This document shows, in pieces, positions 28,021 through 41,428 of a DNA stretch of 64,000 nucleotides (position 1 is the stretch's first letter; every line of letters begins with the position of its first letter). A model generated the notes under the pieces. The model made no database searches and had not been told where the DNA came from. It saw nothing but the letters and a program-made list of their open reading frames with translations. Origin of the DNA: Dendrobates tinctorius (lineage: Eukaryota); contig NW_027361810.1 of assembly GCF_039654945.1 (NCBI RefSeq), positions 8,370,001 through 8,434,000 of the forward strand. Reading direction: 5' to 3'. Both the position numbers and the translations under genes were made by a program.

Positions 28021-28672
28021 AGGGAACCTGCCACGTCCCCCGTTCCCTCCAACCCATCAGCATTGCCTTATGTATCAGTGAATTCCTTGCCGAACCAGCC
28101 CTGTATATTGTTTTTCTGGTCAAATGAGGTTTAAAAAAAGATAGATAGAAAAAAAGCATTATTATAATAGCATTATGCAAATGTAGCGCATGCGCGCCGC
28201 TCATTCCAGCAGCGTCAATACATATCTGGAGCCGGGTGTACGCTTCCCGGCTTCAGAGACGAGCACTGCGCATGATCAGAAGCCTTCTTCTAAACCAGGG
28301 TTCCCCAACTCCAGTCCTCAACGCCCACCAACAGGTCTTGTTTTCAGGATTTCCATAGTATTGCACAGGGGATAATTGCATCACCTGTACAATACAAGGG
28401 AAATCCTGAAAACATGACCTGTTGGTGGTGGGCCTTGAGGACTGGAGTTGGGGAACCCTGGTCTAAACCTCCGGATGTGCACAGGGCGCGCCTCTGAAGC
28501 TGGGAAGCGTACACCTGGCTTCACAGACGCAGTGACACTGCCGGAATAAGAGCTTTTTTTAAACTTCATTTGACCGGAAGAATATTATACAGGACTGGTC
28601 AGGCAGGGAATTCACGGATAAATAAGTGTATACTGCTGGGTTAGAGAACACAGGGGACCTGACGGGTTCCTT
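28021..28672. mobile_element. TTAA-type MITE (T2/Kolobok-like)
   Basis: ttaa-AGGGAACCTGCCACGTCCCC ... GGGGACCTGACGGGTTCCTT with long imperfect inverted arms. Confidence 0.7.
28296..28460. mobile_element. 165-bp hAT-type MITE nested in the previous element
   Basis: TIR CAGGGTTCCCCAACTCCAGTCCTCAA; 8-bp TSD TTCTAAAC / GTCTAAAC. Confidence 0.85.
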
Positions 28673-30143
28673 TTATCTCTCTGGTGTGGTGTGACGCCAT
28701 CAGAATGTGAAGTAATGCCCTCAGACAAGGGGAATAGATAGATTGAGCTGTGACATTTTTTATATATTTCCAGGAGAAATAAAAGTTTTTCTGACTCTAA
28801 AACAAGAGACCGAGATTGCCTGTAGACAAAAAAGGCCAGTTTAGATATGGCTTTGATATGGTGTCCTATAAACGCACATGACCCAGATAAACAATGGTAC
28901 GTGTGACTCCGGACCAGACATTACAGCGTGCAAGCACATTGAGTAAGTTACTAATATACAAATGTGAAAACTTTGTTACAACATGTTGGGTAAAACTGTT
29001 TATTTTGTGCAATGTTTTTATTTCAGGGAATTTCACAAATACTAAAATACTTATAATGGATGATTTGACTCCATCCACCCCTGCTACAGAATATGCACCC
29101 ACATATTCAGTTAAGAAGTGAACATCTATGTGGATAGGTGTGTCTTTTGTGGCGACACATGTGTTTTGCCTTTGGACTTTTTTCACCTGATTCTTTTGAG
29201 GTCGTCAAAAAAGATGAGTTTTCAAGTGGAAACCACTTCAGGAAGCTCGCCTTCTTTATGGAGGTATTGTTTTTTTTTTTTAAGCGTTTTCTGAAGTGGC
29301 TTTGAAAAGTTTTTAAACCATTTTTGCAGAGTTTTTTTTTTTTACAGCCTTTTAATTGGACTGTGCCTAGTTTGGATTAGCATGTATCAGGGGCCACTAA
29401 ATAGAGCTGACTTGCATTTTCTTTTCTCCCACCAGATGTTTATTTAAAGTCTGAAGAGCAGGAAAAATTATCAAAAGACTAAACATATGAACGCCAAAGT
29501 GGTTTAACTATAGAACATTTTTGGGAGTTTTTTTTTTTTCTTAATTTCAGGAGTTCCTTTCCTATAAATGTCTGAAAAATTGTTTAAAAATTGCTTGATT
29601 CTTCCTATTAATTTCTGTAGCAAAACCACTTTGCTGTTCAAGGCGCCAGTTGTTTAACTTTTTTTTTTTTCTGCCTTAGGTTTAAAAAGAAAAATGACTG
29701 GTTGAAAATTTATAGTGCCGTCACTTCATTGAAGTTCCTCCTGCTCCAAATTAGGCACAGTGCAATCAGAAGGCTGCACACAAAAAATTCAGGAAAAAAA
29801 CTCTCCAAGGGGATGTGCACACAACTTATTATTTTTCAGATGGGTACGCTTTATAACCCTCCTACAAAAACACTTAATAAATGCTAGAAAGCTTGAACAT
29901 ATGCACTGCCAGGTAATAACAATTTGTCGTGGAAAAGTTCAGACTTTTGAGCTTTCATGTTTGTAAAGACGCACAGAGGTTATAAGAAGTGAGCAGGCCA
30001 TTCTTCAGGTGACTTCCACTTGGAAGCTGCTCATTATTTCATACAAAGAACTAAATGTAAAAAAAAATCCCACCTGTGGATTGGCCAAGAAGATGCCGAA
30101 AAAGACATTTCAGGAAAAATACCCCATTGTTTTGTTTTCCTAA

Positions 30144-30510
30144 GGCTATGTGCACACTCTGCGGATTCTGCTGCGGATCCGCAGCGGATTTGGCCCTGCG
30201 GATCCGCAGCAGAACTGCAGGTGATGTACAGTACCATTCTAGCCTATGGAAAATTGAATCCGCTGTGCAGACGGTGCAGATTTTTCAGCTCGGTTTTGCC
30301 TGCGGTTTCAAATCCGCAGAAAGAATTGACATGTCATTCTTTTCTGCGGATTCCGCTGCGGTTTGCCATCTCCTCCATTGTGGAGGTGATAAACCGCAGG
30401 GCAAAACCGCAGAGCAATCCGCAGGTAAACCGCAGGTCTTTTGACCTGTGGATTTACCTGCGGATTGTGCAAAATCCGCGCGGAAAAATCCGCAGCGTGT
30501 GCACTTAGCC
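30144..30510. mobile_element. Harbinger-type MITE (TGCGG/CCGCA-rich)
   Basis: TAA-GGCTATGTGCACAC ... GTGTGCACTTAGCC; related copy at 51019-51364. Confidence 0.8.
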
Positions 30511-32296
30511 TTTGGCATCGTCTGCTTGACAAACTAATAGAAGTTTTGTGCACATACCCTGAGTGCCTCAAAAACATTTCAAACCAATTCAGGAAAGGAA
30601 AAACTCCTTGAACAACTCCCCAAAGATGGAAATTTTTTCCCACTGGAAAACTCGTGATTTTTGACAGCCTCGAAAAACCCTCCATCCACTCATGTCCATA
30701 GTATCAAGTATTCTGTAATTACACCTTCCAGGTTCTAGAGAGTTAATATTTTTTTTTTTTCTAAGTGTGAAATTGAGACTGACTAGGACGCATTGCCCCA
30801 TAGATACAGACGTTGCACAGAGCAGATGAATTCCTGACACATATGAGGAAACTCGCTGTTGCAAAATATAAGGGGTTAATTTCCTCGGAGGTGTCTGTGT
30901 CCAGAGCTTTTTGAAATTTGCTTTGTTCGTTTATAAAGTAAGTTGTGACATCATTTCATGTAATTAAAGTAAATACATTGCAAAAAAAATCTCTAAAATC
31001 TGCGTGATGTGATGTATTATTATGGTAAGAACTTATTATAATGCAACTAGAGCAAAATAAAATGTGTGAAGTTGGCAAAAAAACTTTATATAAAATGTCC
31101 CATGGCAGCTCCATATTCCGAATGCTAGAAAAAGAGGATTCATTTTCAAAGATAACCGTGATTCTTTTTTGTTATTATAGATGCTTCGGAAAAGGAGAAA
31201 TGTGGTTGCAAACGTTTCTGCAAGTAAGAAGCTACATAAATCTAAATGGTAAGGCTTCTGCAAACTCCAATGGCACAAGCAAGGTAACGTTTGCTATAAA
31301 TCTGGAAGGTGGGAACTTTAATTTCAGGGGTTGGTAGTTTCCTGGGTCCCACCCTGCCCTTCTCTATTCTTAAGGGGTCATGCACAGAACATTTTTTTTT
31401 TTTTGTACGAGGGCTATTTGTGGTTTTCACAGATCGCACTTGTACCTATCATAGTCTATGTGGCTGTGCACATGTTCGATTTTTTTCCTTGCACTGAGTG
31501 GTTAATGGAAAAAGATCACAGATATGTCCGAATTTGATCCGAGTGTCAGATCAATATTGGCAATGCATCTCTATAGGTCCATTATTAAAAAAAACGGACC
31601 GCACTCAGATGACAACCCAGTGAGGTCCGATTTTCAGGGATTGACAGAATGGGAAATGTGAAGTAGCTTTTTTTTTTTTTGTCTTCACATCCGAGAAAAA
31701 CTGATGTCACTCCGATCAAAGTCTGATCAGAATAATTGAGCCTTTTTTCTCGGGTATGGAGAAATCGGTGGTGTGACCCCACCATACAGGTAACTTTCAC
31801 AGCTGTAGCAGCTGAGAACATTTCTAGGCTAGCAGACAAGTGCAGCCGTGCTCGAGGCTCTCTGTGCAATACTCCCCAGTGATGGAGCAAGCGCTTCTTC
31901 TCTTTTCCAGAACTTGTTTATGACATTTACCTCCCAATAATAAAAATCCCCTGGTAGCAAAAAGTCTAGTGTAAGTCCTCAGTAAGTAAAAATTCCCCCA
32001 ACTGTAGGAGATGAGCAGGTAGTGGAGGGGGATTCCCACCCAAGAGCCCCCCGTGACCAGCTAGCTGCAGGACCACCCTGAATCCCCTCATTAACGTTAG
32101 TAATGAATCTAGTTTGTGTGCGTGTTTTATTCTTTATTCTACTGCGCCGTCAAACCAGAATGGAGTCATGCGATCACTGACGTTCTTGTAAGCTTTTCCT
32201 TGTCCATATGCCCTAATAAGATGTCATGGAAGAGGGTGTCCCCTGCTCAGGACGACTATGTCACTGGGCCCATGGTTTGCCAAGGGTGACAGAATT

Positions 32297-32981
32297 ATTT
32301 ATTATTATTATGCTTTTCTTATATAGCGCTATCTTATTCCTCAGCTTTAGGGTGGTTTTACACTTACCGTATTTTTACGTGCCGATTTTGCGGCCCCAAT
32401 GCATTTCTGTCGACCCGCAAAAAATCAATGGTGTGCCGTGTGCCGTACGGCCGCGAGGGCTGTATATATGTCCGTTAAAAAATATCGAGCTTGCTCGATA
32501 TTTTTTCACGCCTTACGGACATGGCACCTATTTAAATCAATGGGGCCGCAAAAAAAAATGGAAAGTGGTTGTCGCGGCGCGCCGTCACTTCCGGTTTTGC
32601 GGAACGCCATTTTTTCTCCAATACTATTTCCATAGTATTGGAAAAAAAAAACATTTTTTGCGGCCCGTTATTGCGGTACACCACAAAAAATGCGGTGATA
32701 CGGGCCGTAATAACTGACCGCAAAAAATGCGTTAAGTGTAAAGCCACCCTTACAGACATTATCATCGCTGTCCCCATTGGAGCTCACAATCTAATTTCCC
32801 TATCAGTATGTCTTTGGAGTGTGGGAAGAAAGCGGAGGAAACCTGCAGAAACACGGGGAGAACATACAAACTCCTTGCAGATGTTGTCCTTGGTGGGATT
32901 TGAACCCAGGACCCCAGCGCTGCAAGGCTGCAGTGCTAACCACTGATCCACCATGCTAACCACTGATCCACCATACTGCCC
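32297..32981 (-). mobile_element. tRNA-derived SINE (V-SINE-like) with an L2-type tail, split by a MITE
   Basis: Minus strand has an A box TGGATCAGTGG, a B box GGTTCAAATCC, the core GGAGTTTGTATGTTCTCCCCGTG and the tail GCGCTATATAAG-(AAT)n. Confidence 0.8.
32350..32749. mobile_element. Harbinger-type MITE
   Basis: TTA-GGGTGGTTTTACACTTA ... TAAGTGTAAAGCCACCC-TTA. Confidence 0.85.
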
Positions 32982-34904
32982 ATGACGGAAACCATCTTGC
33001 TAGGGTGGCTTTAGCCTGATTTTGGGTTCCCTTTAGCCATCATATAGACAGCCCCAAAGACCTCATCACATTTACATCCACATACATGGCCTACTTATAA
33101 TTTCCACCACAGATCTGCCCCGAGCACCCACACAACCTCCCAGAAATAAACACTACCCACCCACTTAGCAACTTTTTTCACAGGACAATCCTACAAAAAA
33201 AAACGGGACATTTGATATTTAGAACCAAAAAGGAAACAGAAACTTTTTTTAAGCATTTTTGCCCTCTCAGTTACTATACATAATTGGTTACTATGGGCAA
33301 CGGGGCCTAGTCTAGTCTAGAAATGGCAGAATCAGCTACGCATTGCTCTATGGATATTTCATCAAATAGAAATCTGTCAAAATAAGCACGTATTCTTTAC
33401 ACATTCGGCCAATGTCCACACCCAGAGCCCAAATATAAACAGTGCGGCCACGGGTGACACGCCGTTCTCCGTAACGCTGGGTTCAGTGGTTACTCCTTTG
33501 TGACCTTTTCCCTATTTAAGGTCCTGTGTCAATATGACGATGATACGTGCTTACAGGCCCACATTTTGTGGAAATGTCCTCTCGGATGAAAAACAACTGC
33601 AAGGCTGACAGCAGCACCCGACGAACCTGGGCAAGTTCCTCCAGGGTCCATGGAGACAATCTGACAGGTTTCACCTTGCACCTGTTGCCCCCCATAGCCG
33701 TCCCCTCAACATTATTGCTGTGTGTTGATGGAATCATCATAGCAACTGGGGCGCTACTGAAGTCTGCCATATTTGTACACCCTTGACACCCAGCAATAAG
33801 TGGCAACAGGATAGCAGTGTATTGTACAAGTGATCGTAGGTTCAAGTCCTAGGGACCAAAGAAAATAGAAAAATAAAAATATTTAAAAAATATATATAAA
33901 AGTTTGTATCACTTCCCCCTTTTCTCCAGGAACATAAATAGAATATATGTAAAAGTTCATATCACTTTCCCCTTTTCTCGAGGAACATAAATAGAATCTA
34001 AAATATAACCTACGGTGTTTGGCATTACTGTTCAAACCTAGAATATATCAGAATATTTATCTCATACAGTGAACACAAGAACGGAAAAAAAAAAATATAA
34101 TAGAATTTTTGTTTTTTATTCACTACACCTTCAAAAAAGGGTGTAAAAATGGGATCAGAAAGTCGTATAAATCCAAAATGGAAATAATGAAAAATTAGAG
34201 CTCATAACGCAAAAAATAAATTATTTTGTTCCAACTCCACCAACAGAGAAATACTTTCTAGTTCTGAGTTATAGCTCTTGGAAGGTGAAAATGGATAAAA
34301 CGAAAGCTCGGACAGAGGGGTATGCAGTAGCACAACTAGATCCGAGATGATGTACCACTAAAGATTACATTTCTACTTGGTCTTTTTTTGGGGGGGGGAG
34401 GAGGGGGGGGTCCTGAACAGATCTTAAAATGTCTTTCCTTTTTTCTTTTTCCAAATGCTGTTAAGGTTGTAGCGGGCTCCGTGGTTGGAAAGTGTAATGA
34501 CGGGTAGGAAAGAGATGGAAATCAGAAGAAACTGGAGATCAAGAATCTGTGGGGCAGAAATATAAAACTCTGCAAGAAATAACCATCTTTGCTGCCCATA
34601 GCAACCAATCACAGCGCAGAATTCCTTCTACTAGAGTAGAATTCAAAATGAAAGCTGCGCTGTGATTGGTTGCTATGGGCAGCACCAGACGGGGTTCATA
34701 AGTCTGCCCCTTAGTGACGCCATCTCTAGATCGGCCTAGTCGCTGACAGAAGCATATAAGTGACACCACCGTGGTGGTGAATTCATTGGCCCCTCACGAT
34801 GTTATTCCAGGGTGCCAATTGGTTGCTATGGCATAAAATACTATAGAAAAGTGCCTCACATAGAATAAATGATCCCTTCACAGAAAAACTGTTACCCAAT
34901 AGAG

Positions 34905-35490
34905 ACAAACAAAGGAAAATTGATCCCAATATATCCAACTGAAATGCTCTGCTCCAATATGATGCTATGTTTCATCGTCTCTGACGAAACTGCAGAGGCG
35001 GTGAAACGCGCGTCGAGGTGAGGCTGGGGTCCGCGCAACAGGCTATAATATGACTGCAGGTAATTTACAATGAATTTGATATGACGCACTTGACATTGGA
35101 TACCATTATAAGATAGATATATACCAACATAGCATCATATTGGAGCCGAGCATTTCAGTTGGCCTATATTAGTGGGCATAAACTATATTGTGATTCAAAT
35201 AATGTAGTTATTTGTCATGCTCATTCTTGTATGCAGTTAGATAGTAGTCATACATATAATGATTCTAGAATTTTCTATTTTAATTTTTTTTTTCTATTTT
35301 TATGTATGGCATACTGCTGTTTGTGTGGCCCTAAAGTCTGTCATGATTTTTCATGATCTGTAGCCAGCCCTTCCTTACAGGTTTTATTACCTAGCATTCA
35401 TCCCCTAACATCCATGTAGGTTATTTATTGTTGATATTTGTTATAGTCACTCAATAAAATTGCATATATTGGGATCAATTTTCCTCTGGT
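34905..35490 (+). mobile_element. Penelope-like pLTR remnant with composite inverted tail
   Basis: 34908-34934 is inverted to 35464-35491 and 34935-34971 is inverted to 35127-35162. Contains a hammerhead motif and AATAAA at 35453. Confidence 0.65.
34971..35023 (+). ncRNA. Minimal type I hammerhead ribozyme motif
   Basis: CTGACGA-A-ACTGC(agag)GCGGT-GAAA-CGCGCG-TC. Stem I is imperfect. Confidence 0.6.
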
Positions 35491-36501
35491 TGCTGTGGCA
35501 GCCTGCTATAGGCCCCATTTACCACCATCTTGGTCCTTGAAATCCACCCGAGCTTCACAGGAGACCACCATTGTATCACGTATAATAAAAAATAGAACTC
35601 AACACCCAAAAAAAAACAACAAGCCCCGACCGCAACAGTGAAAGCGTTACTGAGTCAGAACATGACGGCAAAAAAACACTTTTTCTCCTGAATTTCTTTT
35701 GAATACTTAAATTAAAAAAAACCTATATACAATAAATTATCGCCATCGTGTTACCCCAAGTAATTTTACCTAAAATTGCCATAAAAACAAAAATCTCAAA
35801 AAACAACCACAGAATTGTAGGATTTTCCTCCCAGACTTGCAATTTTTTTTACTCCTTTTTCAGCACATTACAGGTAAAGTGAATGTTCTGATTCAAAACC
35901 TCAACTTGTGCTGCAAACTACCGTAATAAAGCCCACGTGGGTACTGGTACGGGGGAAAAAAGGGGAGGAAGAATGAAAGCAGAAAACCGTCCATAGCAGA
36001 AAGGGTTAATCACAGCCACAACCTAATCCTCTAGTCACCTCCAAGTTATGACTGCCCAGCTGTTACAGTACTACAACTCCCAGCATGTCCTGACAGCTGC
36101 AGGAACTGTACTGAACTATGAGAATTTGTATGGGTAAAAGTACAGGCGGAAATTGCTGCGTCACTTCCTAATATACCGGCAGAGGATAACGCTGCAGTCT
36201 AATAACGCCACTCTAGAAATAAGGGAATTGCATTATAAGCAATTTTCTTAAGTTATCCAGTTGTCATTACCCTCAGATGAGACCCCCCCTATAATGAGAC
36301 TAAACTTGGGTATAATGATGTTACAGATCTATAGGATGCCATCTCCTCACCCTATTATTCCAATTGGGGGTAATATGTCACTATATAAATCGTTCTTTGC
36401 TGACCCGATGCTCATGCGGCCGTCACTGTCACCTGCACAGACACTTGCGGACATTCAGAGATGCGCTAGAACTTCCTAGCGTTAATTCATTTTCTATCTA
36501 A

Positions 36502-37312
36502 GGCCGGGATCACACATGTGAGAAACTCGGACGAGCCTCACATCTTAATACCCAGCACTGCCGCCGACACGTGGGAGTGGAGCGTGCAGGTATTTCTGTG
36601 CAGCCGCACGCTCTGCTCCATGCGTTTTTTTTAATCTGCAACTATTTTTCTACAGTCATTTACAGGACCATTTAGGCTGTGTGCCCACGTAGCGTTTAAG
36701 TGTTTCCACGGCGATTTTAAACGCGCAATTCTGTCGCGGAAACGCTTAAGAAAAGCATTCCATGCATTCCGAATAGAAAATGCACATGTTGTGCCAATGG
36801 TGCGTTTTTTTTACCACTGTAGAATCGCTTAGCGGTAAAAAAAACGCAGCTTGTTCATTAGTTTTGCGGAATCGCGTGCAATTCCGCATACCTTCATTGT
36901 ATTGGCAAAAACACATGGGAAAACGCTTAAAAAAGCGCGTCAAAAACCGCATGCGTTTTCCCGGGAGCAGGGTGTGCGATTCTGCTCAGGAATATTCTGC
37001 TTGAAAAGCGCAACGTGCGCTCATAGCCTTACAGTGTTCTATAACACAGAATGGTAATGTATCCGTAAAAAACGGACGGAAAACAGATTGTCCGTTTTTC
37101 GTCCGTTTTTTTATCGTATCCATTGACTTGCATTGGCGAGTCTCATCAGAAAATCGCAGCAAATTGCAGCATGCTGCGATTTTTTTTTTTTTTCCTCAGT
37201 CTGAAATCGCAAATGAGATGTCACCTATTGAATAACATTTGTCAGAGTGCAATCCGATTTTTTTTTTATCGGCTTGCACTCGTCCGATTTTCTCTCCAGT
37301 GAGTATGAGGCC
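36502..37312. mobile_element. Harbinger-type MITE with a nested MITE at 36675-37028
   Basis: Outer TAA-GGCC...GGCC-TTA; inner TTA-GGCTGTGTGCCCACGT...ACGTGCGCTCATAGCC-TTA. The empty site GGACCATTTACAGTGTTCTA is seen near 37930. Confidence 0.75.
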
Positions 37313-37754
37313 TTAGAATGGGACTAAACCTTGGAAGGACTTATAGACATGTAACCGTTTACAGTGCAATTAAAGGATTATTCCTGGAGTCAAAAGTTTT
37401 TTTCCTTTATGATGTATACAGGATGAGTTATTGATCACTGAGGATCCAACAACTCGGACATCCAGCGATCTTAGAGAAGTACTCCCATCTATATTTGTTG
37501 TTATTAATGTGTGTATCTGTGCGTGTCATATAGTGTGTGTGCGCCAATATACTCGCCAACCGCTGCTCTCTCCAATCTCCAGTGCTGTTCTGCCCAGCTC
37601 TAACTAGCCGGCTCATTCTATGAGTCAGCCAAAGTCTCTTCTAGGCCACATGCACACATTCAATATTTGGGGAGATTTTTACCCCAGTATTTGTAAGCCA
37701 AAACCAGGAGTGGGTGAAAAATGCAGAAGGGGTGCAAATGTTTCTACACTCTTA

Positions 37755-38228
37755 GGGTACCTACCCATATGCGAGAAAAAAAAAAGTTCCGATATCAGGA
37801 CCGAAAAAACAGACGAGTGTCATTTGAGTGTCATGCGAGTGCAATGCAATTTTTGTCACTTAGCATCCGTGTGACATCCGTATGCAATGCGTTTTTTTTC
37901 TCTGGAACTATTATTGTACAATCATTTACAGGACCATTTACAGTGTTCTATGGCACAGAATGGTAACGTGTCTGTAAAAAAACAGATGGCTTGCACATGG
38001 TGCGAGTGCTGTGTGATTTTTTTTTTCTTACATCCATTGACTTGCATTGGCGAGTCTCGTCTGAGATACACAGCATGCTGCAATTTTTTTTTCTCAGTCC
38101 GATTTCAGCTGATAAAAAAATCGCAGATGAGATGTAACTCATTGAATAACATTGGTCTGAGTGCAATCCGATTTTTTTTTTTTATCGGATTGCACTCGTT
38201 TGTTTTTCTCGCAAATGGGTAAATACCC
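37755..38228. mobile_element. Harbinger-type MITE
   Basis: TTA-GGGTACCTACCCATATGCGAG ... CTCGCAAATGGGTAAATACCC-TAA; the interior is homologous to 36502-37312. Confidence 0.8.
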
Positions 38229-38850
38229 TAAAAGCCATTTCCAGGTCACGCAGAGCGCAGTACGACCAAGAGAGTCTCTGCAAAATGGTGACGTCACTGA
38301 GAAGCTGAGCAGAACGGCTCTAGACACTGAGCAGCGGTAGGTGAGTATATTAGTAAACTCACACTACTTTACATGCACATAAACACACCTTTAATAAAGA
38401 AAATAGAGTTTGGAGTGCTTCTTTAATAAAAGGAGTCTTTTGCCCCAACTTGATTGCAGCGGCTGTGCCCATGGCTGACCTCTTCTACATTTATTCTTTA
38501 TGCAACTGCAAAAGAGGGATGAGTACAATACGCTGCTATTTCTAGCAGTCCAATAGACAATGAATGGAGTGGAGGCCGAGCGCTTGCACCTCCGCTCCAT
38601 TCAAGTCCCATTTTCGGCATCACATCACTGGTTGGACCCCACGGACCAGTAAATTATGTACTATCCTTATAAACAGAGGATAACCTTGATTAAGGGATTA
38701 CCCCTTTAAGGGCTCACGCACGCAAACGTATAAAAGAAAAAGGAATCCAATAAAAATAAAATCATTCCTAGAACAATCCGATAAAAAATGGGATTGCACT
38801 CAGACCAGTGTTATTCAGTGAGGCAGTGCAGATCTGCATATTCTTTCTTA

Positions 38851-39244
38851 GGGTACCGTTACACTTAGCGATGCACCAGCGATCCCGACAACGATATGAC
38901 GCGGTCAGGATCGCTGGTGCATCGCTAAGTGGTCGCTAGTGAGCTGTCACACAGGCAGATCTCACCAGCGACAGAGCAGGGGTCGGGGGTCGCTACTTAC
39001 CTGTCAGACACGGAGATCCTGACGTCCTCCCGCCCGCGTCCACGCGTCGCTCGTCGGCGCCACAGGAAGCCCAGCAGGAAGCGCCCGATGAGAAATGATC
39101 CAGGACGTTCTCGCGCGATCAGCGATAACCAGCGGGGGAGCCGGTCGGAGGTAAGTATCACATGTAGCGATATCACTAGCAATATCGCTGCTACGTCACA
39201 AAACCCAGTGACGTTACAGCGATATCGCTTAGTGTGACGGGCCC
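38851..39244. mobile_element. Harbinger-type MITE (AGCGAT-rich), probably nested in an older MITE at 38710-39510
   Basis: TTA-GGGTACCGTTACACTTAGCGAT ... ATCGCTTAGTGTGACGGGCCC. Confidence 0.75.
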
Positions 39245-40285
39245 TTTAGTTGTATTTGGCGAGAGAAATGAATTGCAGCATGCTGTGATTTCACACCGAA
39301 ACATAATGGTTGTGAAAAAAAATCGTATGCCATACAGACCATCAGTATGGAATCTGATTTTTATGGATACATTACACTGTAAATGGTCCTGTAAAAGATG
39401 AATAAATGCTGAGTAAAACGGATAGCACATGGATGACAAGTGAGAAAAAATCGTCCCACTTTTGTGGATGAAAATCAGACCAATTTTTTATACATTCTGT
39501 GACCCCAGCCTAAAGGCGACATGCTCTTACTCTGTGTAGATTGGTGGCGGACCCTCAGTCTTCTTCTCTGGTCCAGTCTGTCCCATATAAATGAGAACGG
39601 AAAAAGGTCCCAATTGTTTGTCATGTAACTTATCTGGTGGCCGTGTACACAGTGAAAGATACATTCTCACATATAGAAGAATGCATCCAATGCTCTGATA
39701 AAGTGTAAAAAAAATCAACCTGCCTTAATATCTGTCCTGTAAAATCTGCATAACTCGTCTTCCCCTACGTAGAATAATCTAATACATAATATCAAGTACA
39801 ATAATATAATGTTGTAGTCCAAATTACCTGGTCTTTCCCCAACCCTCAGATGCTGCTGAACCTGCACAAGCTCCGTAAAAGAAATGTGAAGAGGAACTGT
39901 CATGTCATCACACGGTTCTTATAAGGGGGAGTGGAAGACGGAAACTTCCCAAATCGTGACAACAGGGTGCCATCTCTAAAATCTCAGTCTGCCTTCCAAA
40001 GAAATGGACCAAGGATGTGGCAAACCTCTGAAGAGCTCGGTGGCTTATCACATCCAGGAGGGAGATTGTGTCACTCTGATGCCTGCAGGTTGTCACAGTG
40101 TATCAGGAGGATGTCAGATCTTTGGCGTCATCTAGCTAGATTTCCTGTAAATTGCCCAATGAGCGCTGACTGTGGAGGATAACAATTATCCTGTAATAAT
40201 AAAATATATTATTATATCATTGTTATAATATGACATTTGGGGAACTCAACATAAATCTTATTATTACGGCTTATGTTAATTCATG

Positions 40286-41016
40286 TGTAGGATCGTGCGC
40301 TGACTTTGGTCCCTTTTTCGCCGCAAACAGACTGGAGACAGAAACCGATGTGGGTTCAACAGGTCCTCTTTATTGGCCGTCCTGCCGACGACCACAGCAG
40401 CACGCCAGCCTCCGGGTACCTTTCGCCTTCCTTCTTGCCTTTGCAGTGACGTCCCTCGTGGTTGTATCGCTGTGGCTGCCCTAGGCCTAGCACCACAGCG
40501 CTTCGCCTGTCCGAGTCCATCCATCTGGTACCCCCGGGCTTCCTCTGTCCTGCAGCTCTCCTGTCAGGGCCACCCCCCTGACGGTCTCTCTCTCCAGTCC
40601 CTTCCGGAGTTCTTCCTCTTTCCGTCTCTTCCTCCTTCAGTCTCTTCTTTCGCTGAGCTCCACCCCCTGGACTGGCTCCCTTCTAGAACTCTCTCTCCCT
40701 TTTTATTCCCCTCCCTGGGAATTCCCGTCTCAAGTCCCCACCATGACTATGCGGTTTCCTAGCCTTAAGCTGCTGTTAAGCCTTTTTCTCACTGCTCTCT
40801 GTCTCCATCTTGTGGCCAAACCTTAGTACTGCACCATCTCCTTTTCCTGCTGTTCTTTGTCTCCCCCCAGTGGCCAAACCCAGCACTTCACCATCTGTCA
40901 CTATTTCTAGCTGTTTCCCATATGTATACACCAGTTCACGTCTAGTACATTTACTGCGCATCTTGCATTCACTTTCCTAATTCAGACAGGTCCATAGGTC
41001 AGTCTAGTTCCCTACA
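40286..41016 (-). mobile_element. Solo LTR, 731 bp
   Basis: TGTAGG...CCTACA termini flanked by the 4-bp direct repeat CATG (40282-85, 41017-20); AATAAA on the minus strand near 40370. Confidence 0.7.
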
Positions 41017-41079
41017 CATGCACCGGCCATTTCTGATGTGACTGCATCTGTGTGCAGCTCTGTGTGCTTGTCTGTTTTA

Positions 41080-41428
41080 GGGTATATTTCCACGTTCAGG
41101 ATTTGCTGCGGATTGGACACTGTGTACAGCCGCAGCGTCCAGGTGTTACAGCATAGTGGAGGGGATTTTATGAAATCCCATCTCCACTATGCGTGCAGGG
41201 CAGCATCCAGCGGCCCTGCGTAACCGGACATGTGGCGCGTCTTTATAGACCGCAGCATGCCTATTTATCTTGCGGAGACGCTCAGTCTATGCATAGGATG
41301 CGATGATTCTGCATATGTTCAATGAACACATGCGGAATCAGTGTGCGTACAACGGGGCGGCGCTTTTGGCGGAGGTAGGTTTCCGCTGCGTCCAAAGCGC
41401 TGCATATCCAGACCGTGGACACATACCC
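41080..41428. mobile_element. Harbinger-type MITE
   Basis: TTA-GGGTATATTTCCACG ... CGTGGACACATACCC-TTA. Confidence 0.8.

Noticed and set aside
32890-32981. tRNA gene
   Set aside because: The A and B boxes are the head of a SINE with a body and tail; no full cloverleaf.
39540-40170. Exon-like segments with splice-like signals on the minus strand
   Set aside because: No continuous ORF or recognisable protein; not supportable without transcripts.
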